64,000 nt of DNA, taken from assembly GCF_036321535.1 (NCBI RefSeq), contig NC_087437.1, positions 79,362,001 through 79,426,000 of the forward strand. The letters run 5' to 3'. How positions within the stretch are numbered: position 1 is the stretch's first letter; every line of letters starts with the position of its first letter. The notes beneath the pieces are model-generated. The model was given only the letters and a program-made list of their open reading frames with translations. It had not been told where the DNA came from and did no database searches. The translations under genes and the position numbers were made by a program. Shown piece by piece: positions 23,986 to 36,599 of this stretch. Origin of the DNA: Camelus dromedarius. Taxonomy: Eukaryota.

Positions 23986-25798
23986 TTTTAATATTTATTA
24001 AATTTTTCTCTAAGTCTAGTTTTCTTTTTATTTCTTGTGTTTGTTTTGTTTTGGTTTCATTATTTTTTAATTGTCTGCTTTTTGTTTAGTATTCAAGGTA
24101 ATACTACCTTCTAAAATGCACTGGGAAGTATTCCATCCTCCTCTGTTCAGGAAGTGAGATTTATAAAATTGGTGCTAGTTCATCTTTAAATGTTTGGTGG
24201 AATTCTCCACTGAAATCCTGTGTCTGAAGATTTCTTTAGAGGAGCCTTTTAAGTATTTGATTTCAATATCCTATTTCCTATTTCTTAATGTTAACAGAAC
24301 TGTTCAGATGATCTATTTCAGATAATCTGTTGTTGTTGAGTTTTGATAGTTTTTAGTTTTTTGAAGAACTGGTTCAAATTCTAAGTTGTCAAATTTATGA
24401 ACATAAAATAGTTAATATTATTCCATTATTCTTTTTTAGTGGCTGCAGGATCTTTAGTGATATTCCCTGTTTCATTTCTGATGTTGAGGATTTGTGTCTT
24501 TGTTTTTATATTTCTCAGAATTGCCAGAGTTTTATGAATTTTATTACATTTTGGGGCCATCTCTGTTCCATTATTTTTAAAATTATTTTCTTATTTTCAA
24601 TTTTATTGATCTCTGTTCTTAGTTTTATTATTTTATTTCTATTCTTATCTTGGTTTATTTTGCTCTTCTTTTTCTAGTTTCTTAAAGTAGAGACTTATAT
24701 TTTGATTTGAGAACTTTTTTCCAATATAAGTGTTAGTTCTATAAAATCCCTCTGCAGTGCTTTAGCTGCATTCTATTAATTTTGATATGTTATGTCTTCA
24801 TTTTCATTCACTTCTTTGTATTTTAAAAATTTCCTTTGAGAATACGTCATTGACCCAAGCAATATTTAGAATTGCCCTGTATAATTTCCAAGTGTTTTGA
24901 AATTTCTCTGCTGCTGTCTGTTATTGATTTCTGATTTGACTCCATTATGTTAAGTTTACATATTCTGCATTAGATCAATTTTTTAAAAAATTTATTGAAG
25001 TTTGTTTTATGGCCCAGGATATAGGATATCATTGCATATGTTCCACAGGTTCTTAAAAAGAATGTATATTCTGTGTTGTTGGGTAGAATATTCCATATGT
25101 GTTGACTGGATTTTATTGGTTGATGATTTTATTGAGTTCTATAATGTTGTTGATTTTCTGTCCTTAGACAGGCAGTTCTGCTGTGCTGCAGTGTTAAGGG
25201 CTGGGTGAATGTGTACGTTCAATTTCCCACTGAGCCCTACTGGCACCAAGGAGGGGGATCAGAAGACTGACTGATGTGCTGAGTGGCTGCAGGTTGCAAG
25301 CAGAAGCTCAGCTTCCTACTACTGAGACCAAGAGAGGGGAGGGTGGAAGGAGAGTGCTCACTGGTTCCCCCATCCAGCGCCTCCTCTGCCTCACTGCTGC
25401 TGACTAGGGGTGATGGTTCACCTCACCACTGGATCCTCCTGAACTAACAGCATATTTATGGGCAAATATGAGCACTCCTGCTTTTGTCAGGCAGGGAATA
25501 GCAGGTAAGCTCACTGAGTCTCCTTGGGAAGGGGAATTAAGAATACTTGCTGCTTCTGCTGGGTAGGAGAGGGGTAATTAGCTCTCAGCTCAGCACTGCT
25601 AACGCTATCCCAGCAGGGGAACTGCGCAGTGGGTAGGAGAGGATGGAAGATAACCTGCCTGCTCGGTGCTGCCAACACTAACCCGGTAGCTGACTTCCAC
25701 CAGGAAGGTTAGTCCCTGCTCATGCAGGGACTCAATCCTCTGGTGAATAGGCGGGTGGATCTGAGCACTTTCAAGTAAGCTCCTGCTCCACCCTGCCA

Positions 25799-25828
25799 AC
25801 GCCACCTAGTGGGATAACGGGAGCACTG
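25799..25828 (-). promoter_or_regulatory. Candidate CTCF site within the L1MD-type 5'UTR
   Basis: Minus strand CAGTGCTCCCGTTATC-CCACTAGGTGGCGT: 13/14 match to CCASYAGRKGGCRS. Confidence 0.5.
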
Positions 25829-26940
25829 GTACATCCTTCCCGCTGTGTGTGGAAGTTCAATCCTCATCAGAAACTGGAACCACAGGAGCAAGGCATGTGT
25901 TTTCCTTTAGTGTTCAGTTGGAGGAGGGTGGGTTTTGCCAAAAAAGTTTTCTCTTGTTAGGTGGTCTTTTCCCTGATGTTTTGGCTTGAAAGGGACAAGC
26001 TTTTCTTGGGGATTTTGTTCCCTCTTTGTGCCTGTCAGCTGTTCCAGGTTAGAGGTTTCTGCAGTGGCTCATTTGGAATGCATGGGAAGCAAAAAGAAAC
26101 AGGGAACTCACCTCCTTGTCGTCCCTGGAGTCTCAAGGTGCTTAGGCTGTTGGCCTTTTTCTTTGTACCTTTTTAGAGCTTTCCTAAATTTGCTTGTTAT
26201 GTTACATCCGGGTTTTATAGTGTTTTATGTTTGTTGTTGTTGTGAGAGGGAGGAGCTAGGGCAAAGGGTGTTACTCTGTCTGGGTAGAGCAGGATTGCTT
26301 TTTGTGTATTGACTTTGTATACAAGGACCTTGATAACTTTAATTATTTTTTTCTAAATGTTTACACATTGTTTTCTGTTTCCTATGTATTCAGCTATTAA
26401 ATTTGCAAATAATGAGTTTTATGTCTTCCTTCTAATCCATATTCTTTTATTTCTTTTCCTTAACTGTTGGGTCTCCAGTGTAATAAAAATGATTCAAGGT
26501 GGTAATAATGATCATCCTTGTTTATTCCAAATCTGAGGATATATGACGATATTTCACCATTAAATATGGTGTTTGCTGTAATTTTTCTTCACTTTCATTT
26601 TGTGGTGGCTCTAATTCTCTTCCATTACTAACTGGTAAGTCTTGCTATCAGGTAATGCTATTTTTCATATCCTTTCTGTGTTAATGTTGTGAAATATATT
26701 GATATTTTGGGCTTTTGTCCTCTGTTTATTACAGTATTATTTACATACAATAAAATTTACCAGTATTACATGTAACATTTATTGAAATTGGTAATTGTGT
26801 AAAATTGAGTAACCATCATTACCATCAAAGAACAATTTCCAAACCATAAAATGTTTTTCATTCTTGCTTTGAAATCAATCTTTTTTAAAGACCCGGCCCC
26901 AGGCAATGATTGATCTGCTCTTTGTCACTATAGTTTGTCT

Positions 26941-28944
26941 TTCTTTTTTTTTTTTTTTTTTTAACATTTATTGATTTATAATCATTTTACAATGTTGTGT
27001 CAAATTCCAGTGTTCAGCACAATTTTTCAGTCATTCATGGACATATACACACTCATTGTCACATTTTTTTCTCTGTGAGTTATCATAACATTTTGTGTAT
27101 ATTTCCCTGTGCTATACAGTGTAATCTTGTTTATCTATTCTACAATTTTGAAATCCCAGTCTATCCCTTCCCACCCTCCACCCCCCTGGCAACCACAAGT
27201 CTGTATTCTCTGTCTGTGAGTCTATTTCTGTCCTGTATTTATGCTTTGTTTTTGTTTGTTTGTTTTTGTTTTTGTTTTTGTTTTTGTTTTTTAGATTCCA
27301 CATATGAGCAATCTCATATGGTATTTTTCTTTCTCTTTCTGGCTTACTTCACTTAGAATGACATTCTCCAGGAACATCCATGTTGCTGCAAATGGCATTA
27401 TGTTGTCAGTTTTTATGGCTGAATAGTATTCCATTGTATAAATATACCGCTTCTTCTTTATCCAGTCATCTGTTGGTGGACATTTAGGCTGTTTCCATGT
27501 CTTGGCTATTGTAAATAGTACTGCTATGAACACTGGGGAGCAGGTGTCATTTTGAAGTAGGGTTCCTTCTGGATGTATGCCCAGGAGCGGGATTCCTGGG
27601 TCATATGGTAAGTCTATTCCTAGTCTTTTGAGGAATCTCCATACTGTTTTCCACAGTGGCTGCACCAAACTGCATTCCCACCAGCAGTGTAGGAGGGTTC
27701 CCTTTTCTCCACAGCCTCTCTAGCATTTGTCCTTTGTGGACTTTCGAATGATGGCCATTCTGACTGGTGTGAGGTGATACCTCATTGTAGTTTTGATTTG
27801 CATTTCTCTGATAATTAGTGATATTGAGCATTTTTTCATGTGCCTATTGATCATTTGTATTTCTTCCTTGGAGAATTGCTTGTTTAGGTCTTCTGCTCAT
27901 TTTTGTATTGGGTTGTTTGGTTGTTTCTTATTAAATCGTATGAGCTGCTTATATATTCTGGAGATCAAGCCTTTGTCGGTTTCATTTGCAAAAATTTTCT
28001 CCCATTCTGTAGGTTGTTGTTTTGTTTTCCTTATTGTTTCCTTTGCTGTGCAGAAGCTTGTACGTTTCATTAGGTCCCATTTGTTTATTCTTGCTTTTAT
28101 TTCTATTGCTTGGGTAGACTGCCCTAGGAGAATATTTTTGAGATGATGTCAGATAATGGTTTGCCTAAATTTTCTTCTAGGAGGTTTATTGTATCTTGCC
28201 TTATGTTTAAGTCTTTGATCCATTTTGAGTTTATTTTTGTGTATGGTGTAAGGGTGTGTTCTAGCTTCATCGCTTTACATGCTGCTGTCCAGTTTTCCCA
28301 ACACCATTTGCTGAAGAGACTGTCTTTATTCCATTGTATAGTCTTGCCTCCTTTGTCAAAGATTAGTTGACCAAAGGTTTGTGGGTTCATTTCTGGGCTC
28401 TCTATTCTGTTCCACTGGTCCATATGTCTGTTTTTGTACCAATACCATGCTGTCTTGATGACTGTAGCTCTATAGTATTGTCTGAAGTCTGGGAGAGTTA
28501 TTCCTGCAGCCTCTTTCTTTTTCTTCAGTAATGCTTTGGGAATTCTAGGTCTTTTGTGGTTCCATATAAATTGTATTATGATTTGTTCTAGTTCTGTGAA
28601 ATATGTCCTGGGTAATTTGATAGGGATTGCATTAAATCTGTAGATTGCCTTGGGCAGTGTGACCATTTTAACAATATTGATTCTTCCAATCCAGGAGCAT
28701 GGGATATCTTTCCATTTTTTAAAGTCTTCTTTAATTCCTTAATCAGTGTTTCATAGTTTTCCATGTATAAGTCTTTCACCTTCTTGGTTAGATTTATTCC
28801 TAGGTATTTTATACTTTGGGTGCTATTTTAAAGGGGATTGTTTCTTTACTTTCTTTTCCTGTTGATTCATCATTAGTGTAAAGAAATGCAACTGATTTTT
28901 GAACATAATCTTGTAACCTGCTACCTTGCTGAATTCTTCGATTA
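26941..28944 (-). mobile_element. Youngest-subfamily L1 (camelid L1_Vpa-like), about 2 kb, 5'-truncated
   Basis: Long poly(T), intact 3'UTR with a (tttttg)n tract, long ORF2 frames 27291..27668 and 28124..28666. Confidence 0.96.
28124..28666 (-). pseudogene. L1 ORF2p fragment (post-RT region), frameshifted at both ends
   Basis: [16 protein letters not shown]...[34 protein letters not shown]...[16 protein letters not shown] is canonical L1 ORF2p. Confidence 0.95.
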
Positions 28945-29849
28945 TTTGGCTGTACCATTTTGAATCCCACTCAGCAAAGAATGAGAGATGCTGTGGCTCC
29001 ACATCCTTCCCCAAACTACGTTGTGTCAGTATTTTTACTTTTGCTTTTTGTGTGTACATATCATTGTAGTTTCAATTTGTATTTATATGATGACCAGTGA
29101 TGAGTACTTCTTTTTAGTATAGACTATATTTATACATCTTCTTTTTTGAGATGTCTGTTTAAATATTTTGCCAACATTTTTTATTGGGTTATGAGTCTTC
29201 TTATTATAGAAGTTTTTTATGCACTTTGGATAGAAGATCTTTGATAGAAATTTGTTTTATAAATTATTTTCCTGTTCTGTGACCTGCCATTTTCTTATAT
29301 TAAGTAAAAAACAGAAGGTTTTAATCTTGATGATGTCCATTGTATCAAGTAATTTCAGGTATAATTTTTGCTTTTGATATAGGTTTTTGAGAAAACAGTC
29401 TAATATGACAAAAATTTCTTATGTTTTTCTCTAAAATTCAGTAGTTTTAGTTTGTACATTAAGAACCATGATCCATTTTAAATTAATTTCTCTGTATGTG
29501 GAAAGTAAAACTTGAGGTTCCTTTTTTTTCTTCTGTCCAGACAGGTATCTACTTGTTTCAGCAACGTTTATTGAAAAGACTATCTTTTCTCTCTTTAATT
29601 GCTTTGGCACATCTGTGAAAAATCAATTAACCATATAAGTGTGGATCTATTTATGGACCCTCTGTTCTGTTCCACTGATTTGTATTTCAATCATTATGCA
29701 ACTATCACACTGGATTCATATAATTTTAATTCTTGAAATATTGTAGGGTAAGTCTTCCAGCTTTCTTCTTCATTTTCAAACTTGATTTAGCTATCCTGAG
29801 TCCTTTGCCATTTTACATTGATTTGGAAAACAGGTTATTAATTTATTCC

Positions 29850-30600
29850 AAAAGAAGGGATAGATAAAAATTTAATAAAGACAGAGATTTAAACAGTATA
29901 AACCAACTTAACCTATCACTATAAATCAAAACTTCCAAGAACTGTAAAAGCACATTATTTTCAAATTCACATATAACATGTATGATATAGGTCATATAGT
30001 GGTCCATAAAATATGTAATATACTTGAAAACATTTAAATTATAGGCAAATTTTCAAAATATTAAAAGTCAATGACAAAACAATACCAAATCACCAAATAT
30101 TTGAAAATTAGTCAACATATCATTTAAGATAACCCATAGGTTAAAGATATAAAGATATTCACAAAGAAAAAGGTAAAGTATTTTAAACTGAATGATATTA
30201 AAGCGACAACAGTAAACTTTGTGGGATGTACTAAAGTTGTACTAATAGGGAAATTCCTAAATTTAAATCTTACATTAGGGGAAAAGAAAGGTTTAAAAAT
30301 AAAGGCCTAAACCTCAAAATTAAGATGTTAGAATGAAAGAACCAATTAAATTTTTCAAATATGACATAACTGGAGGAATAATTAATAAAAAATTTAAAAA
30401 AATGACTATGGGTTAAAAAGACAAATATTCAACAAGTTAAAAGTCCTTGACACAGGAACAAATTGATCACAGTTGTTGAAGCCTAGGAAAATGATCAAAT
30501 GTAATCAAACAGAGAAAACAAATGATCAATATCAGGATTCAAAGGGAAAAGATTCAATGAATATTAAAGTAGAATAAGGAATAAAGAAATGCTGTGAATA
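29850..30600 (+). mobile_element. Ancient L1 ORF2 (endonuclease-linker) fragment
   Basis: cacattattttcaaattcacat...ataacccataggttaaaga...aaactttgtgggatgtactaaag. Confidence 0.7.
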
Positions 30601-30603
30601 ACT

Positions 30604-31253
30604 GTGTCTAAGCCTGGGAAGCTTTACCAGAATCATCTGTAATATAGTGTCCAGATTAGACTTAGCTAATGAGAGTTACTCATGCATATTTCGGAAAGAA
30701 TAAGGGGAGCAGAGACCATCTTTCTCACAACGTTTCTCTGCAGAGGTCGTAAAAGATGAAGGATGAGCAAACGTTTCCTCCTGAGCCCCAGCTTGTTCTC
30801 ATTTCCTTCCTGCCTCACGTCCCACCTAAATTTCTGGCAGCTGACCTTGCTGACCAACAGCAGTCCCAGACTCACCACAGGTGCTTGGCTGAGGGCCTGC
30901 AGGAGCAGCTGTTCTCACAGAAATAGTTGTTGACACAGAGGCGGCAGTTTCCAGGCAGTAGGTTCCAGTTGGATGGTGGTTCCCACAAAGGAAACTCTTT
31001 ATGCTTTACCACTTCAGTGTGTAGGTCTGTGTGATTGGTTTTTTAGATTTTCCTTCAAGCTCTGTTTGGTCTACCCACACCAGTGCTTTCCATGGGTTTG
31101 CCAATGACTATTTTTCTGATTCGGTGATTCTCATTTCTAGACATTCATTGCCCCATCTTTTCCCACATTCAAGTAAATTCTAATTCCTTTATGAAATCTT
31201 TTTCTACAATACATGTAGTGATTCTGTTTCCCTGACTGAAGATTGGCTCATAC
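30604..31253 (+). mobile_element. ERVL solo LTR (LTR50/LTR33-like)
   Basis: TG start; ctgaccaacagcagtcccag; 3' end aattcctttatgaaatc...gtgattctgtttccctgactgaagattggctcatac. Confidence 0.6.
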
Positions 31254-31463
31254 TTAAAAGTAGAGAAGATAATATTAACAATATACTCTATGTTTCATGA
31301 AAATAAAATGTATTATGTGCTACTAATGTCATTAGCCAGATGGCTATCTTAATATAAGCATACACTGATAGTAAGCATAATAAGTCATTTGACTATTTAT
31401 AATGTTACCCTAAAATATTTGTAGATTTCCACAGAAGACCCTTATTTTTGTATTCACATAATA

Positions 31464-31779
31464 TAGGAATACATTGGAGACACTAGGGATTTGGTTCCAG
31501 ACCACTGCAATAAAGTTAATATTATAATAAAATGAATCACACAATTGTTTTGGTTTCTTAGTACATACAAAAATTATGTTTATAGTACGCTAGTCTATTA
31601 AGTGTACAATAGCATTATGTCTAAAACAACATGTACACACCTTACTTAAAAACACTTTATTTTTGAAAAATGCTAACCGTTATCTGACAACACAGGGTTG
31701 GCACAAACCTTCAATTTGTAAGAAATGCAATGACTATAACGTGCAGTGAAGTGAAGTACAATAAAACAAGGTATGTCTT
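31464..31779 (+). mobile_element. Internally deleted Tigger1 MITE (Tigger1a_Art-like), both ends present
   Basis: 5' ggttccagaccactgcaataaag...; 3' cagggttggcacaaaccttcaatttgtaa...aataaaacaaggtatgtc. Confidence 0.88.
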
Positions 31780-31784
31780 TGTTG

Positions 31785-32900
31785 GAGTTTCTGATTGATG
31801 GTGGGAGTGGCCTATACTCTAGGTAGTCACTCAAGGCTACGGGCTGACATAGCTTTTATACCTTCACTACATGAACCCCAGCTTGCCCTTGACTTTGACC
31901 ACTGAAACTTTGAATATTAAAGAAGAGAGAGGACAGAGAAAACATACAAGCTTCTTAATGGGATTGACCCCAAAATGATACCCAACACTCTACTCCCATG
32001 TTATTGGTGACAGCTGTGGTTCCATATACTTTCAATGGTCAGAGATGAGGATAGGGGAGGGCTGAAAATACAGTTCTTGACTGTCGCATGTTCCCAAAAG
32101 AAACTGTAGTCCATGAAAGGAGCAATAAATCTGGTTACAGCTAGCCACGCGTGTGGAATATGGCTACCACACACCCATGAACAGCCCCTCTCCCCACAGA
32201 ACATAATCCCATCCACACACAGGGAAGATAATCCAAGGTTCCTCCTACTTAATACATTCAGTTCAATGTTCATATTCCCTGTATGAGTTTTCTCCATCAG
32301 ATCTAGAAGAGATTCCTTCTATTCTTGTAAAGTATTAAAATAAAGAGAAAAACAAGTTTTCAGTGCCCCTTTCTTCATGTACAGTGGTGTACTTGGGATA
32401 AAATAGGCATAATATAAATTTCCATTATAAAAAAATGATGAATAAAAGACAAATGGCTATTACTGATTCATAGTGATAATGGAATCCTAGAGGGTAAACA
32501 ATAGAAGGAGGAAAATTTCATGAGAAGTACCCGATTGTGTTCTCCAAGGGGAATTTTTTAGTCCTTAATTCTCAGACTCCTGCTCTCAACTCCTGAGAGA
32601 GTCATCTGGTTTGTCTGTTATCCTCTATGACCACACCTGAAGTGGATGTTTTGGGAATGTATAGCTTTTAAACCTTCCTTTTCTGAAGTTGTTAGGGCAG
32701 AGCACTATTTTAAGGCTCAATTATTCAAATACTTGTTTGGATAGGTATTTGATTTGGGGACAGTGTTAGTCCTTCAGAATCACAGGAGGCTTCTGGTTGA
32801 CTTTTTTATGGGCAAGGTTCTTTGCCATAAGCACACCCCAAATCCTTTCTTTGTCATATTTCTTAAACCTGCTTTGTTGCTTGACTTCTTTGGTACAATG
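31785..32900 (-). mobile_element. MaLR (MLT1-type) LTR plus internal sequence
   Basis: gtcactcaaggctacgggctgac...ctcccatgttattgg (LTR); aacaagttttcagtgcccc...tacagtggtg...ttcccattataaaaaa (MLT1-int). Confidence 0.65.
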
Positions 32901-34060
32901 TCTTGCTCTTAGAACGTTCACAAGTGTTGCAGTGTTGCAGTGTTTCACTTGTTGCCGCTGTTCCAGTTGTCCCTGGAAACATGATGCGACCATTATCCCC
33001 GATTCTCTGCAGTAATTACTTCTAACTTAGAGGATTTGGTAGCCCGGGTTCCATAACCACAACCTCACTGCAGGGAAGACAAGATAGCGTCTGGCACTTT
33101 CAGCATCGGTCACGGCAGGCAGTGTTTCTTCCCATCAGGATACCCAGGGCAGGGAGTTACCTAAAGGAAAGGGGCCATGTGCTCATGAAATGGACCTTTT
33201 ATGTCAAATGAAATGAAAGTGAAAAATTCTCCTACATTTGTCTGTAGCATGTTTGAAATGTATGCATAATTATCAATCACAACCACCCTTTCCATTATTA
33301 TCCACGTATCCATTTAAATTTAGCAATTCTTTCTCTTCAGCCATTCCACATACCCTTTAATATTCATCCTAGCTCTGGTTTAATTTATAGAGGTGTGAAT
33401 CACCACGTATTCTTCAAGGGAAAGAAAACGAGCTGAATGAGTACAGAGATAGCACTTTTATATAATTCGGTGTAGCCCACTTTCCATGGGAAGCATTATA
33501 GTCTGCTGATGTTTTGATTGTTTCTTCTATGTATTTTCTTTCCTGGCCCCTCTGGAAATTAAAATAATGAACTTTTAAAAATCCAGAATATCTTTCCAGT
33601 TTTCATGCCTCTTAGTTGCTCTTCCAAGGCCAGATAATATACATTCAAAAATAAAAAGGTGACATATAATAAGAAATTCTGTGGTTGTAATGAGAAATCT
33701 AAATATAGACCAATTATGTTTACTTGGTCATCTTCTCTTTGATTTAAGCATCCCAAGGGCAGCTTTATGAACCTTTAAAGAGTATCATATTACTCTTGCT
33801 GTAATAGTAACCTGTATAATTTGACCACTAACCTATCTATTGAAATGTTTGTTGTTGTTTTTTTAGAAGCACATAACTTTATTTCACTGAATGCTTCTTT
33901 GCCTAATTGTGCCCGTGCCAATTCTTATTGAATATTTAATAACGTGCATTTTATTCCAATGTTCTTCTTTCCTTTTCTAAATGAATTGTCCTCAGGCACT
34001 AGAAACATAAAAGTATCAGTGACATATTTTGTTTATAGCACCTAAAATGAAAGTGTTTTG

Positions 34061-36086
34061 ATTTCCCATCAAGATGCTGAAGTAGTAGGACCACAAGCTT
34101 GCCTCTCCTCATGGCTACAAGGAAACCACGACTGACTGCTAAACAACCATGGAAAATAAAGACTGAAACCTAGCAAAAAAGATCTTCTTCAGCTGGAAAC
34201 AAAGAGGGAACCACAGCAGGGTGGTAGGAGGGCATACTTGTGATATAATTGGGCCTCATACCCCCCGGGTGGTCGACCCACAAGCTGAAGAACAATTAAG
34301 TTGCAGACACCCTCCCGCAGGAGTGAGAGCTCTAATCCCCAAGTCAGGCTTCTCAGCCTGGGGTTTTGGCACTGGGAGGAGGAGGAGATCCTAGAACATC
34401 TGGTTTTGAAGGTCACAGGGGCTTAACTCCAGGAGCCCCACAGTATTGGGGGAAATGGAGACCTCATTCTCTTGGGAAATGTACATAAAAACTTGAGGGT
34501 ACCAGGTCTAAGGCCAGAGGCAGTGATTTCATAGGAAATCACTGGGCCAGGCCTGCTTGATGGTTTTGGAGGATCTCCTGGGGATATAGGGGAAGGCTTC
34601 AGCTCACCCAGGGGACATAAAAGTTGGTGGCAGGCATTCTGGGAGTGTCCATCTACATGAGCTTTCTTGAAGGCTGACATCTTGATTGGATCATTAGCAC
34701 CAAGACCTAGCTCCACCTAACAGCCCGTAGAGAAGCCTCAGGCGAAACAACATACTGGGTGGGAATACAGACCCACCCATCACCAGACTTCCTCTAGACA
34801 TGACCCTACCCATCAGAGGTCCAGGACTAAACTTCACCCAGCAGTGGGCAGGCACTAACTCCTCATGTCAGGAAACCTGTATAAGCCTCTAGTTCATCCT
34901 AATCCGCCAGTGGGCAGATACCAGATATAAGAAAACAACAATCCCAAGGCTGATAGAAGGAATCCACAGACAGAGGCCAGACTCTACACTGGGATGAGCT
35001 GGACCCTGGCCCTGGGTGACAAGAGAGGAGTGTACTGCTGGGACACATAGGATGTCTCCCACAGAGAGCCACCTCCCCAAAGTTGAGAAACATAACTAAC
35101 CTACCTAAAAATACAAATAGAAAGATAGACAATATGAGGTGGCAGAGGACTGTCTTTCAAGCCAAGGCACAAGATAAACTCCCAGAAGAAGAAATAATGA
35201 GGGGATAAGCAATGTGTCTGAGAAAGAGTTTAAGGTAACAATGGCAAAGATGTTCAGAGAACTCAAGAGGAATATAGATACATAGAGTGAAGTTTTTAGC
35301 AAAGAGTTGGAAAATATAAAGAATACCCAAATAGAATTGAAGAACAAACTCACTGAAATGAATAACATAGTAGAAGGAACCAAGAGCAGACTAAAGGAGG
35401 CAGAAGAACAGATTAATGAGCTAGAAGACAGATTAGTGGAAATCACTACTACAGTACAGAAAAAAGAATGAAAAGAAATTAGGGTAGTTTAAGGGAATTC
35501 TGGGACAACATGAAGCACACTATATACTATTCACATTATAGGGTTCCTAGAAAGGGAAGAGAGAGAGAAAGGACCTGAGAAATTTTTTGAAGAGATAATA
35601 ACCAAAAACTTCCCAAATTGGGAAAGGAAACACTCACCCAAGTCCAGGAAGCACAGAGAGTTCCACACAGGATCAACCCAAAGAGGAACACACCAAGGCA
35701 CATAGTCATCAAATTGACAAAAATTAAGCATAAGGAAAAAATATTAAAATTAGCAAGAGAAAAACAACAGATAACATACAAGGGAATTCCCATAAGGTTG
35801 TCAGCTGATTTTTCAGCAAAAACTCTACAGGCCAGAAGGGAGGGGCACAATATATTTAAAGTGATGAAAGGGAAAAACTTACAACCAAGAATACTCTCTG
35901 TCCAGCAAGGTTCTTATTCAGATTTGATGGAGAAATCAAAACATCACAAACAGACAAAACCTAAAAGAATTCAGCTCCACCAAACCAGCTTTACAACAAA
36001 TGTTAAAGGACCTTTTCTAGTCATCAAACCATAAGAAAAGAGAAGAAAAAGAAGAAAGAGAAAAAAAAAAAAAAAGACCTGCAAAA
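34061..36086 (+). mobile_element. L1 5' end: 5'UTR, decayed ORF1 and A-rich inter-ORF spacer (laurasiatherian/artiodactyl-type)
   Basis: Starts caagatgctgaagtagtagga (decayed YY1 box); ORF1 remnants; spacer ends aaaagacctgcaaaa. Confidence 0.92.
35134..36020 (+). pseudogene. L1 ORF1p, multiply frameshifted
   Basis: ATG at 35134 (MRWQR...QDK); ORF 35618..36034 contains QVQEAQRVPHRINPKRNTPRHIVIKL...ITYKGIPIRLSADFS; stop about 36020. Confidence 0.92.
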
Positions 36087-36390
36087 GATTGCCTTGGCAC
36101 TTTAGAATCTTTTTTAGTTTCATATAAATTTTGGAGTTGTTTATTCTAGTCCTATGAAAAATGTCTTGAGTATTTTGACAGGGTTTGCATTGGATCTGTA
36201 GATTGCTTTGGGTAGTGTGGCCATTTTGATAATGTTGATTCTTCCAATCCAAGAGCACAAGATATCTTTCCATTTCTTTGTATCATCTTCAATTTCCTTC
36301 ATTAATGTTTTATAGTTTTCAGAGTATAGGTAACCTCCTTGGTTGAGTTTATTCCTAGGTATTTTGTTGTTTTTGATGCAATGGAAATGA
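36087..36390 (-). mobile_element. L1 ORF2 fragment in opposite orientation
   Basis: [42 protein letters not shown]. Confidence 0.9.
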
Positions 36391-36452
36391 TTATGCCAGT
36401 TATAAAATGCTGGTTTTTGAAGTGAAAAAAACAAAAAGTGAATGAAGGGCTG

Positions 36453-36592
36453 CAGATGACAAAATATCCTTCTTTTTTATGGGCGAGTTGTATTCCATTG
36501 CATTATATATGCTACATCTTCTTTACCAATTCATCTCTTGATGTGCACTTAGGACACGTCCATATCTTGGAAATTAAAAGTAATGCTGCTGT
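36453..36592 (-). mobile_element. L1 ORF2 3'-terminal fragment
   Basis: ctgcagatgacaaaatatccttcttttttatgg...tattccattg...ccatatcttgg...aatgctgc. Confidence 0.75.
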
Positions 36593-36599
36593 TTAAAAC

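Larger units (their letters stand above)
20110..26300 (-). mobile_element. L1MD-type element retaining 3'UTR, ORF2 pieces and repeat-containing 5'UTR; ORF1 deleted; interrupted at 22030-23990
   Basis: Reversed 3'UTR at 20110, ORF2 to about 25165 (EN region), then abrupt switch to a GC-rich 5'UTR ending aaagaaacagggaactcacc...gttactctgtctgggtag. Confidence 0.75.
26720..29850 (-). mobile_element. L1MB/L1ME-type 3' portion, interrupted by the young L1 at 26941-28944
   Basis: 3'UTR at 26720-26940 (ccccaggcaatgattgatctgctctttgtcactatagtttg) resumes at about 28945 (ggctgtaccattttgaatcccac). Confidence 0.8.

Noticed and set aside
32766..33180. Minus-strand acceptor at about 33161 and CpG-containing exon-like stretch
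   Set aside because: Stops in all frames soon after the acceptor, no clear donor, and it abuts MaLR internal sequence
35105..35850. Minus-strand ORFs of 104-113 aa
   Set aside because: Antisense shadows of A-rich L1 ORF1; the same applies to the plus-strand ORFs over minus-strand L1s
36061..36390. Twin-priming inversion or poly(A)-terminated ORF1-only retrocopy
   Set aside because: The junction is tail-to-tail; the A tract is followed by normal spacer sequence (gacctgcaaaa); no TSD seen
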